Assembly: GCA_030295235.1 (NCBI GenBank) | Contig: AP026162.1 | Location: forward strand, 2,232,001 to 2,296,000 | Direction: 5' to 3' | Origin: Fistulifera solaris | Taxonomy: Eukaryota | Length of the DNA stretch: 64,000 nucleotides | Shown: one piece after another, positions 35,801 through 47,370 of the stretch | Layout: every line of letters starts with the position of its first letter | Position numbering within the stretch: the first letter of the stretch is position 1 | Notes under the pieces: model-generated | Seen by the model: only the letters and a program-made list of their open reading frames with translations | The model's database searches: none | What the model was told of the DNA's origin: nothing | Position numbers and translations under genes: made by a program

Positions 35801-36521
35801 AGATGGATATTTCTCAGCTTGTTATTACCAAGTCTCTGAATAAGGGAGCTGAGTACGCGCTAGGAATCGGAGGTAAAAGGAGGACTACAAAGTGAAACAA
35901 GCTCACGTTGAGCTCGCTGCTCGAATGAAGAAGCGTGACGCTGGTTCTGCACCACAGATGGGAGACCGCGTTCCGTACGTAATCATTACTGGAGCGAAGG
36001 GTGCCGCTAACTTTGAAAAGGCGGAGGATCCCATTTTCGTTCTTGAGAACAATATCCCAATTGACTTCAAGTGGTATCTTTCCAACCAGTTGTCGAAACC
36101 GTTAGCACGTATTTTCGAGCCTATTATCCCGAACGTCGAGAAAGTTCTCCTCCAAGGCGACCACACTCGTAAAATCTTCATTCCTACGTCGACCGCCAGG
36201 AAGGGAACCATGAGTGCTTTTGCTGTTAAGATGGCGCAATGTCTTGGCTGTAAAGCTCTTATCCCATCTGGTCGAAAGGGCTACATTTGCGAGTACTGTG
36301 CACCTCGTGAAGCAGAAATCTTCCTCGAAAAGTTGGAAGCCTACCGTGAGGCGGAGTTACGATACAATGAGTTGTGGGCGGCTGCGCAACGTATCCACGG
36401 AACAGTTCATTCGGACATCATGTGCACCGGAGATGGATGCGCCTGTCAGTTTTACCGACGCAAGAAAGTTCAGGCTGACATTCGCCATGCGCAGGAAATA
36501 CTCGATAAATTCGGTCGCTAA
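32833..36521 (+). CDS. POLD1: DNA polymerase delta catalytic subunit (introns 33730-33806, 34827-34896, 35012-35074, 35526-35592)
   Basis: ExoI 'VDIEC', 'GYNVQNFD', 'YCLKDA', 'LDFASLYPSIM', 'RQLALKVSANSVYG', 'YGDTDS', 'KGLETVRRDNC', and a C-terminal Cys domain. Confidence 0.97.
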
Positions 36522-36592
36522 ATAAACCATTCTATCTTTATCAAAGTTCTTTACACAAGTGTAGCAGATTTCGAAGTTGTTATGAGTGAACA

Positions 36593-37604
36593 TTATCGGT
36601 TGCTACACGAACTGCACCGACACCTTTCGCCGCATCGCTGTCCAGCAGCGAAACAACTGCAGTATTTCTGAAGACATCTACCAAATCCATCACTAATTAG
36701 ACTCAAACTTTAATACAAACATTTCGATGACAGAGTCGCTGATTACTTACCGATTGACTTTGCAAGAGCAGCTATCTGTTGTCACTTTTGGCCGCGCATC
36801 GAAGGCATCGGCTCGACGCCGGAGGCAATCCTTGATGGCAGATTCTCTTGCGGCGTTCTCCGTCGGTGTATTCAAACATTCGACGCAGCGACAACTTGAA
36901 TTGCAGAACGACCCCGACTGAAAGCATTTACAGTACAACCGCAAGCACCGCGAGTTCTTGCAAGAACAGGATTGCGACTCCTCCGATGGAACACCCTGCA
37001 CTACTTTCAATGTCGTTTCAATCTTGACACTTTTACAACCCACGCAATTGCAGCTGGGATGATGATTCTCTATGCCACTTCCGCTCGTGTTTTCACACCC
37101 TACACAACTACAAAAGGGTGTGCATGACATACCACTCGAATAGCAAGAACAATACAGCTTAAGGCACTTGGACTTGGTACAGCGACACCACACCTGTCGT
37201 GTCTGTACCGGAGTATTCGTTCCATTCCGCACAATCGAGTCGAGTTCGAGCAATGCTTCTGCAATCCATGTCGGTTCCAGCGATTTTTCGATCGAGTTCT
37301 CCGAGCTGCCGGCGGCGATTGCTGTTTTTCCTGCACTCACAGAATGTAGCGAACGGTGTCTCTTTCTCGACGTTGACAATGCACTCAATAGATACGAAGG
37401 CGATGCCCAAGAAGGCAGCAATGATCCTGGTGTACGAGGAGAGCCCGCAATAGAGGACTCTAACGGAAATGGATCGCCTTTCCGATTGGCGCTCCCGAGC
37501 AGCTCCGTCACTCGATCATTTCCCGAAAAACTGTCATCTTCATTCTTTGTCGCTTCGCTGCCCGAATCGAATGATCCGGCTTGTCCATTAGAAGTCATCT
37601 TCAT
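36593..37604 (-). CDS. Tesmin/TSO1-like CXC (CRC) domain protein, LIN54-like (intron 36750-36678)
   Basis: Three CXC repeats 'CxCxxSxCLxLYCxCF...C...CxCxxCxN' with the linker 'R...I......RADAF..RPK'. Confidence 0.88.
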
Positions 37605-38010
37605 TCGTCAATGATCTCATTGTGAGAGAAGCACGCATGAAACATCCCTCGTCGCGAGAATGATTGATTTGGTTTATTTGTGGTGGTGGGAGTTGAAATT
37701 CAAAAACATTTTTGAAAAAGTGACCTCCATGATCTCATTTGACTATACTGGATGAAGTACGATTGAATCCCACGACGACTTCACAACTCCCACGGCCAAA
37801 CCTCGAACTCTATCGGTCTTAGGCATCGAGGTCGTCCGACGACGAGTTCGGATTGAGGCCAACATGGGAGGCAGGACGGCGAATGAAGACTTGCAACGAT
37901 GTTTCTCATTGTATCCTAACATTTGTATGATGATTCCGCTCTCCCAATCATCGGTGGAAATGGGAGTGAACGACGAGGAATATGACGTCCGATGGTCGGA
38001 TGTTGATGGG

Positions 38011-38376
38011 TTATGCGTCTTCGCGAGCCGTGAGACACACAGTCACCCCGGCCACAACACAAGCAGAACCCACGATGACACTCAACGAATCAGTCATTGG
38101 CTCTCCGATCCAGTAACTTGTAAGAATAGAGAATACCAGAGCCAGACCGTTGCAAATGGGCACCGCGAGAGAAAGATCCGAATGACCCAGTGTGTAGTAG
38201 AACAACAAAGAACCGGATTGATTCACTGCATACGGCAACCACACTCGCACATGTAACCATTTCGAGAGTACGCTGCTTTGCTGCGCCGTAGCGCTGCCTT
38301 GACGCATTAAAGGATTGGTGCAGCCCCACAAGGCACCGACGAGTACGAGAGCAAGCACTTCTTTCAACGAAGCCAT
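38011..38376 (-). CDS. TMEM234: TMEM234-like small membrane protein (EamA/DMT-like)
   Basis: 'LVGALWGCTNPLMR', 'PYAVNQSGSLLFY' and 'LSLAVPICNGL'. Confidence 0.88.
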   Translation of the reverse strand: MASLKEVLALVLVGALWGCTNPLMRQGSATAQQSSVLSKWLHVRVWLPYAVNQSGSLLFYYTLGHSDLSLAVPICNGLALVFSILTSYWIGEPMTDSLSVIVGSACVVAGVTVCLTAREDA

Positions 38377-38811
38377 CTTTCTTTTTGCTGCAAATTGATC
38401 CGTGCTAGAAAGAAATTCGCCAAACACAAAAGTGGTGAGTTTCAAGGTTTCCGAATGATAAACACGACAAACAAATGGACAAAGTGGGTCGGAATGCAAA
38501 CTGGCGACAAAAAAAGTGCGGCGCTGTATAAAATTTTTTCGGCTGTTGGTAAAACTACAATCTACGTTAAAGTTGGGGATTTATCATGACGAAGGCCTAC
38601 GTCAGCACGGTGTTCGATCGATGTGGTTGGTCGTGCGCCACGACAAAATTTCGGATCTTTGTACTTTATAGCTTACTGTTCATCCGTGACGTACGGCGTA
38701 CGACCCGTCCGTTCGTAGAAAAGGATGATTTTGTTTGCCGCCGCTGTTGCAGCCAAAGAACGACAATCGCAAAAGTATTCATTCTTATTATTTCTTTGCA
38801 ACACAACAACC

Positions 38812-39422
38812 ATGCTTTCTCTTTTAACAACTCGAGTTGCGGCACGAAATGTCACGAGTCCGGTCGGAATGGCGGCGGCACGCTTGATCCGACGAGGATA
38901 CCACGAAAACATTGTCGAGCATTACGAAAACCCACGAAACGTTGGTTCTTTGGATAAGAATGATAAATCGGTCGGGACGGTACGTTCGATTTGCCTTTCT
39001 ATTCGCACGTGCAGAGTAAAAAAGGAGCTTTTTGAAGCGTAAAAAAGCATTATGACTCACTCCAATTGCATTGTGTTATTCGACAGGGTCTCGTGGGTGC
39101 ACCCGCGTGTGGCGATGTCATGAAGCTGCAAATCAAAGTGGACGAGAACGGAATTATTACAGAGTCAAAATTCAAAACATTTGGTTGTGGTTCTGCCATC
39201 GCCAGTAGTTCCGTTGCTACCGAATGGGTCAAGGGCAAATCGGTCGACGAAGTTTTGTCCATTAAGAATTCCGACATTGCATCCCACCTGAAATTGCCGC
39301 CGGTGAAACTTCATTGCAGTATGCTTGCGGAAGATGCTATTAAGGCGGCTGTGAAAGATTGGAAGGAAAAGTCAGCAGCTGGTGTAAAGGTGCAAGTCAA
39401 ACAGGAGAAGGTTGCGGCGTAA
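38812..39422 (+). CDS. ISCU: Mitochondrial Fe-S scaffold IscU/ISU1 (intron 38980-39086)
   Basis: 'YHENIVEHYENPRNVGS', 'GAPACGDVMKLQI', 'FGCGSAIAS' and 'LPPVKLHCSMLAEDAI'. Confidence 0.97.
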
Positions 39423-39593
39423 GCACTGCCTGTTCGTATGCACTATATTGTGTGTACCGTACACGAATGAATTAATTTAGATTTCCAATTTTCATGAATA
39501 AGAAAGCAAGCTTTTATTTGTAATGTTGAATGTTTGATTACATGAGTAGGAGGTAGTGTCACGGTTTGTCTCTCAAGTAGATGATTCATTTCT

Positions 39594-40306
39594 TTATATG
39601 TCCCATTCGTCGGCTTCTTTGTATGACACCATAGAATCAATCTTGTGCACGGACGTCGTAAAGCTACGAAGCTTCACTTCCGTCGAGTTGAGGATGTAAC
39701 AAGGGTCGGAATCGGCCCACTTTTCGGGGGCCATCACCTCCTTGTCGGTGTACACCAAGAGATCGAAGGTACAGGGTTCCTGCAAAAGCGGCAAAAACGT
39801 TACACTGGCGGTGATTTGTCGAATAATGGCTTGAATCTCGTCATGAACTTCTTTGATGGACTTGTTGCTGCCTCCCTTGCTAACGTTCGGGACCATGTTT
39901 TCCCCACTCTCTCCCTCCACCGCCACATTGAACTGCCATCGCTCCAGTGTCTCGGTGGAATCCACTCCTTGGACGACCAATACCAGTCGTTGAACGAGTC
40001 CGTTCATTAACCATTCCGCCACTTGCTTTTGTACGTTTTGCAGATAGTTGAGCAAACCCTCGTCCGTGGTGGTCATGACGGTCAAGCCGTACTTGGATTC
40101 CTTCGAGAACGTCTCGGGCATGTAAATTCCTAATGAAAGAATGAGTGAGTGAGCATTCCATCAAGAATGATTTGTATTTGAGATAGTGTCAATAATTTAC
40201 CTCTTTGATAAAGAATGGAATTGATGGCGGTAAAAAAGAAATCGGAGACAATGTCTACACTTCCTTTGAGGGTAATCTCCGTCTTGTTGGCGGTCGCTGT
40301 CGGCAT
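39594..40306 (-). CDS. MAD2: Spindle checkpoint HORMA protein MAD2 (intron 40200-40130)
   Basis: 'ITLKGS...FFFTAINSILYQRG|IY', 'LERWQF', 'IIRQITASVTFLP' and 'LRSFTTSVHK'. Confidence 0.95.
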
Positions 40307-40730
40307 TCTGCTTAAAGGCGTTTCAGAGAATCAGAGCAAGCAACAAAAATATGTGAAAGGCAACAACACCAAGGAGCTTTTAACCTTTTCCATCAACGTC
40401 GCAATGAAAGAATGAAAGAATGAAACCATGCAAAAAGTTGAGAGAAGACCCGGCTTGTCGGCTCCCCCGCGCGCGTTTTCATGCTTAGTCGATAACGAGC
40501 AAGCCAATCTGTTATTATTATCTATGAAACGTGATATATAAAAGAAAATACAAGCATAAATACTTTAGTAGAAATAGCATCGGAGCGGTATCGGACAACA
40601 TGGTCGTCGTCATGCCTCCCACGTCACAATGTCGTCATCGAGGAATTTGGAATGCGGGTCGGCGCTTATTTCGCCTTTAAAGCAAGCGGATTCAAAGCGA
40701 ACGTTTGTAGGCAAACATTGTCACTTCACC

Positions 40731-42258
40731 ATGGCGAGCGTAACGATGCAACGTGTGCTTTCGGCGGCCCCTCGACGGGTTCTTGCGGGAAAGAAACGCT
40801 TTTCCGCGTTGGTATCTCTGGATTATGAATACCCGGGGTAAGTGGACGACAATTGCGTCGAAGGACGGTTTTTTTACGTTTTGTTGCATCGAATGGAGGA
40901 CAGACTGGTTATTTGGTTGCTTCGTAGAGCATGTTGCGTGTAGCGATAACTTATAGATACGCAAATGCAACAAGGAGGCGATAACTGCTGCAGTGTGTTG
41001 TTTTTTCCGAAAATAGCGCTGTCAACAACGTGTACTCATATAATGCCATTTACCTTTCTGATTAAGTTTGCCAGCAGCCACGCCCCAACCGGCCAAGGCT
41101 ACTTCGGTGTCCGTCAGTACTCTGCCCAATGGGCTCACGGTTGCCACAGAAGACTCGTGCGTCAATTCTACCGTCATTATGACCTACCCCAAAGCGGGTT
41201 CGGCCGGAGAAAGCTTGGACGAGCAGGGAGCTGCATTAATGAACAAGTGCATGAATTTCAAATCCGGTTCCGGCCTTTCTTCGATCTTAATCAATCGAAC
41301 CATCGAAGATGCCGGCGGTCTGCCCTTTACGACACTCAATCGAGCGGGCGCCTCGTTGGGTTTCACGGTGGCACCCGAACTGGCGGCGGGATTGGTCCCT
41401 CTCCTCGCCACGGATTGCACCTTTGAAAAGTGGGATGTGCGCGACGCTTTGGCGTTGGCCAACACGGAAGCGGAAGTGGCCGGAACCAGTGCGCAAATTG
41501 TGTTGACCGAGAATGTATTTGCGGCGGCGTACGGGCCGCAATCGCCCGCGGGTCGTCCCCTCTATTCGGCGCCGCCCTCGCTCGATGCCATTCGCTCGTT
41601 CCGCCGTCGGGCGTATGGATTGAAGGACGCGGTACTGACCGTGACGGGTGTCAAGGATCACGCCGCGTTTTGTGCGGAAGTCGAAAGCTACTTGGCCGAC
41701 TCTCCGGTAGGTGCGGGCAGTTTGCCTTCGATGGCGTACATTGGTGGAGAAAGCCGCATTGCCACGCAAGGTTCGGGATATGCTCATGTGGCCATTGCGT
41801 TCCCCGCTCCGGTTTCGTCGGCAGTTGCTACTGTTGTGAAACATTACTTTAGCGTGGTGGGAGGTCCCAGTGGTGTTTCGGGGTTTACGGCGGATGGATT
41901 GGTTGGCTTGTACGCGGGCAGCGCATCGGCGGGAGCGGTTACCGATGCTATGGTCAAGGTTGCTACCACCCCCGTTTCGGCGGATACGTTACAGCGCGCC
42001 AAATCTTTGGCGAAGGGCGAAGCACTTTTGGCTCTGGAAAGTGGCAGCAAGGCACTGGCCTCGGCTATCTCTGCTTCTGTTTTGAGTGGACAAGGTTTCG
42101 GTGGTCCAAAAGACATTGTTTCCGCTTACGATGCTGTTTCCGAAGCTCACGTCAAGCAAGCCCTCGCTGCCATGCTGAAGAGTAATCCGTCTTTGGCTGC
42201 GGTTGGTGATATTGCCTCTGTTCCCTATCACGCCACGTTGCGAGCCAACTTTGCCTAA
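40731..42258 (+). CDS. M16 family non-catalytic subunit: mitochondrial processing peptidase alpha / bc1 core-2 like (intron 40838-41066)
   Basis: Mitochondrial presequence, 'STLPNGLTVATED', 'AGSAGE...GAALM' with no HxxEH, 'YIGGESRI' and 'AAVGDIASVPY'. Confidence 0.85.
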
Positions 42259-42336
42259 GTACTAAGAAGATTTTAAGAATATATACTTTGATGGTATTGC
42301 TGCCTTAGTATTTCCGATATGAGTACAATGTATTGA

Positions 42337-43824
42337 TTAGGGAATTGTTTCACCAATCTCCCCCGAGCCGTACCAATCTTGTTGAACTCGCGTACTGGAG
42401 AAGATCGGAAGTCGGTTCTTCATGTGGACCATATCTATTTCCCACATGATATCGTCCGACAAAGGCTCCTTGATTTGAAAGTATTTTAGACTCTGTTCGA
42501 GTTGCTGCATGTTGCTGTGACCGACGAGAGTCGTCGTGATCAGCGAGCGCTGGCGACACCACCGAAGTGAGAGTTCGGTCAGACTCATCTTATACTTTTC
42601 GGCGATACGACTGTACTCTTGGATCGCTTGCTGCGCGGCATCGGTTCGGTATCGATACAGAGTGCCACCCCATCCTCGAGTATCCATCCGTCCCCGGGGA
42701 TTTTCCAAGGACCGAATTGCGCGTTCGCGATTCGGCAGGTCGTCCAGGGCGGCTGGAATGTCCAAATATTTTCCCGTCAACATGCCACCCGCCAAGGCGT
42801 TGTACGACATGAACCCAACATTTTCATTAAAGGAGAAGCCGCTTCGGCGACACCATTTTCTTCACTTTTGCGGTCAATGAGACTAAAGTCCCCTTGTATG
42901 GAACACGGGGGTGTCGTACCGAGCGCTTTGGCGGTGCGCGTACAAGCGGTCAATCCGTAGGCATTGTCGTTGCAGAGTCCCCAACCCCGAATTTTTCCTT
43001 CTTGGATCAGTTCTTCCATAGCCAAACAGAGATCTTCAAAAGAAGTCGGGCCTCCCATGGACCGCCAGTAAAGATTGGAATCATTCTCAATGTTATATGC
43101 GAGACTTTGACCCCAGTTGCTTTGCGGTGAGTATCTCTGAGGCCAGTGCAATTGATACACATCGATGTAATCTGTTCCCAGTCGTTTAAGACTTCCGATA
43201 CCTGTTCCGCGGGTCAGATGAATGTAGGAAGGTTCACTTGATAAAAGTGTGTGTTTTGGTCCACTTACAGTCTTTTTTAATATTCTGAGGTGTCACATTT
43301 CGTCCGCCGGTAATCTTTGTCGCAATAACCACTTTCCTTCGATCGACTTTCCGATCTCTTAACCATTTCCCAATCACAATTTCCGTATCACCTTCTCGAA
43401 CGCCATCGGAAGGAATGGGATACTGTTCCGCCGTATCGAGAAGATTGACGCCATTTTCGAGAATAGCCTTATCCATGAAGGCGAAACAAGCGGCTTCGTT
43501 GGGGGCATTGAAATCCGACGAAACCCAACGTTGCGTCCCCAAACCCAACTCGGAGACCACAATATCCGATCCTCCCAGTCGTCGGTGTTTCATGCCATTC
43601 ACGGTGCGAATGAATTCATTCGTTTTCCCTTTCGAAGACGCTCCATAAGCCGGATCCTTTCTTCCTCCAAAGAATCCTCCCAACAGAGAGGACGCCAAGA
43701 CGGTCCGTCGGGAAGAACTTGTGACCATCGTCGTAGCGTCGCGTCCTTGGCACGTATAGAACGCATCCGAGGATACCGCGAGGAGCGCTCCCCAAGCGAT
43801 CATGAAGAATGTCAATGAAGCCAT
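42337..43824 (-). CDS. Plastid-targeted aldo/keto reductase (Tas-like); intron near 43267-43201, frameshift near 42825
   Basis: Signal peptide with 'SDAFY', 'VSELGLGT', 'DTAEQYP', 'IATK', 'YQLHWPQR' and 'LAGGMLTGKY'. Confidence 0.9.
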
Positions 43825-44296
43825 GGTTTCAATTGTTTGAAATGAATGACCTATCTTCCGATTGCGTTTTGCTTATCTGCTGATGCGCGAGAATAACATA
43901 GAAGCGTGACTCATGCTCGAAGTCCAGTCAAGGAGCCGTAGAACCTACACTTAGGATTATAGTCGCTGTGGTAGACAAAGGAAGGTACTTATTACACCTA
44001 GTCTCTTACGGTGTACGATATTTCTTAAATAACTGACAGTCTCAACCGGCACACGTTACTATCAATAGAGAGTAAAGTGGGCACGTTTTCTACCCACATG
44101 TTCTGCGATACGAAAACCGAACCACCAAATAATAAGTGCGGGAAACGCGGAACAAGAGCAGCGCAGCAACTAATCCGCAGGAGCAGAGGACTGCGACTGC
44201 AGCTGCAGCAGCGGAAAAACACCGCATTCCACGAACCAGATGCAAATATTATATTGTCGTTGACAGGAAAGACTATTGCAAACATCTCAATTCAAC

Positions 44297-44970
44297 ATGG
44301 CAACTGACATTTGTATTCGTAGACTGACGAAAGAGCTGGCGGCCATGCAAAAGGACCCGATCAAGCAACCCAAGATTACCGTAGCACCCAACGAAAGTAA
44401 CATGCTGGAGATGCACTATGTCATTGAAGGAAGCACGGGGACGCCGTACGAAGGAGGAGTGTATCACGGAAAGCTCCTTTTCCCAAAACAATATCCGTTA
44501 AAACCACCGGGAGTCATGATGTTAACTCCGTCGGGTCGCTTTCAACCCAATCGACGTCTGTGTCTTTCAATGAGTGATTTTCATCCGGAATCGTGGAATC
44601 CCATGTGGTCGGTTTCGACGATTTTGACGGGTCTATACTCCTTCATGCTCGATACCAATCCTACTCTGGGAAGTATTGAAACGTCGACGCGCAAAAGCGG
44701 CAACTTGCGGAGGCCAGTCTGGAATACAATGTCAAGAACGATCCGATATTCTGTAAGCTGTTTCCGCAATATGTCGAACGATATGAGGAGGAACTTCGTG
44801 TTCGTCAACAAAATGGAGAAAGCATTACTGTCGCACAACCTCCTTCGAATGCTTTGTCTTCGGGGAATGCTTGGTTTCCCCGGCCACAGGAGGGACGGAA
44901 CTTTTTCATGGCAACCATGGCCGGCGTTGCGGCGATTCTTTCCATCGTGGTGGCCGTACGCTTCCTGTAA
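44297..44970 (+). CDS. UBC6: ER-anchored ubiquitin-conjugating enzyme UBC6/UBE2J
   Basis: 'TPSGRFQPNRRLCLSMSDFHPESWNPMWSVSTILTGL'. A frameshift near 44695 restores a C-terminal TM 'AGVAAILSIVVAVRFL*'. Confidence 0.92.
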
Positions 44971-45276
44971 TCTGAACGGAAGAGTGACGATTCATAATGC
45001 GCCCTGACAAGCTTATAGTGCTAAGGCAATTCTTATCCGAGAAACGACCGATTTCATGCAGAGCACGGCTTGTTTTATGGACTGGGCACGCGAATAAGTC
45101 ACACTGACCAAGCGACATTTTTCTAACTGCTCTTCAGTTTCCTTGTAGTGTAATCATCATAAACATATATTATAATCATAATAGGCAAGGGCTATATGAA
45201 TCGAAGTATCTATACAAAGAAAACGTCTGTGTTACATATCTTTTGCAGGTTGCTTTATTCTGTCCTTATCATTCAT

Positions 45277-47092
45277 TCATCCTTCCGCGCTATGTGACTT
45301 TGCTTGATGCTTGGGCTGAAAATGAAAACCTTCTGGAACAGGTCCCAAAAGCATTTCCGATATCTTGATCCAATCCGAGGCTTCGCTGGAAAGAAAGAGA
45401 GTTTCGAGGTCGCTGCGACCGCACATGAAGGGTGGAACTCTCTGATTCATGGACTGCGATGCTGTTTCCAACAATCCAATGGGGACCTGTAAAAACAAAT
45501 GCAAACGTAAACCGTCAGTAAGAGCGTACGTATCCTTTCAACTCAAAGAACAGTGTAACTTGCATAGCGATGAAGGAAAGAGAGCCATTCCAGTAGGAAT
45601 CGGCGACAATTATCAACTCCTTTCTGATCACTCCCCCAATGCTCCAATCCGAATCGAACAAAATCTTTCAAAATGTCCAATCTCTCTGTAGCCGAAATAT
45701 CCCATTGTCTCTTTTCTTTGATTTCGGTCGGTAGCCAAGGTTTAATTAACGCCCCTCTTCCCAACATCGCACATGAGGAAATTCCTTCACGTGATGTACT
45801 TTCTTCGTAGTCTTTGTACGAGAAAATGTCGCCGTTTCCAATAACAGCAATCTTGGGTAGACTCTCATCTTGGTTTAAAGCAGCTCTTGATATGTAATCC
45901 CAGTCAGCTTCCTTCGAGTATCGTTGGAGGCGTGACCGACCATGAATCATTACAGCACCGACCCCACCCATACCCCACTTTTGAATCTTCGCGACGAGTT
46001 CATGGGCAAAGGCTTCGCCATGTCCCAGCCTGTTCTCATTTTGATTGTTACGGGACAAGAGAGAGTTTGTGTGATGCCTTTAATTGCGTCTTTGACCTTA
46101 TTCTGGCGCAACATCAAAGCTGCCCCGGCTCCTTTATCGTTGATGATATCCAGCGGGCATCCTAGATTCAAATCAACAAAATCTACTTTTGTATGATTTT
46201 CAATAAGTTCACATGCACGCGTAAATAGATCAGCATGTCCTGCGGCAAGCTGCACACCGAAAATATCTTCGTCGGCATGTCGTTTCAGGAGAGCCCATTC
46301 GGAAGCGTTTCCCATCAAGATGTGTGAGGCAACCGCCATTTCACCGCACGTAATATCAGCACCCAACTTTTTCATCACGCGACGAAAAGGTAAATTGCCG
46401 ACAGTCGTGAGAGGAGCAATATAAACTTTGTTGGAGAAATCAATCATCTTTCGCGACTTTTCAGGGAGAGGTGTCATGTCGGGCAACGCTTCGCTGCTTT
46501 CGTTCTCTTCGGGGGCAGAGGGATTCTCGAGCGCGTCGTCATTCTTTTTCTGATTGAACTTTTGACAAACAAAAGGATACTCGTTTCTGCGCAATTGAGA
46601 CTGGACATCACGATCTAGCAAGTTGAGAACTTGAGTAGAAGCATCAACTACTCCTTCTTTCCGCAGATTCTCTCCCGTCGCGAGATTCAGATGAGACCCT
46701 CCAAGTCGACAAGTAGCTCCGTACATGCAAAACCCATAGAGATTGTAGTGAGGACAACCACCTTCGATTTGATCGATATCGGGTGGTCTCGACGCAAGAA
46801 AAGCCTTGATGTCGTGAGAAAACTTGCACGAGTCTCCGTGTGTGCACACGTCGCCTCGTAGATGAATCAGACACATCTTTGCATGGTCGCCATTCTCTTC
46901 GCGAAGTCGTTTGTTTTTCCTTTTGTTTTTACGGCTTTTGGGGGTTTCGGAATGGACAGGGACTATTGGAACGATAGGAGGCAAGCAAGAGGCACGCTCG
47001 GACAGAATGAATTCTGCTTTCACGCGCACCGAAAATCTTTCGTTTTGACCGGTTCCCTTGTCCTCAACTTCACCGGTTTTTTTCGTCTCCAT
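45277..47092 (-). CDS. DUS3: tRNA-dihydrouridine(47) synthase DUS3
   Basis: Two CCCH fingers, 'APLTTVGNLPFRR', 'DLNLGCP', 'HGRSRLQRY' and 'GRGALIKPW'. Intron near 45565-45487, frameshift near 46010. Confidence 0.93.
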
Positions 47093-47370
47093 CTTGCACT
47101 AGTTCTGATTATCTGTCGGCAACGGTAAGCTAGGCGGTTACTTTATACTATTGCCAATGATTAAATCGCTCAGTCGTCGGCAACACCTTGTTTTCTTTGA
47201 AAAGATTTCATGGCCGTGACGAAAATGTCGAAAATCTTCCTATCTGCGACGGACGTCGTACAGAAACGCAATGGTGTACCAGGGTAACGTATGAAAAAAT
47301 ACTCCGTATTTTGGAAACCTCGATCATCATGTAAACGCTTTATTTTCTACAGCTACATATACAAGTTCGG

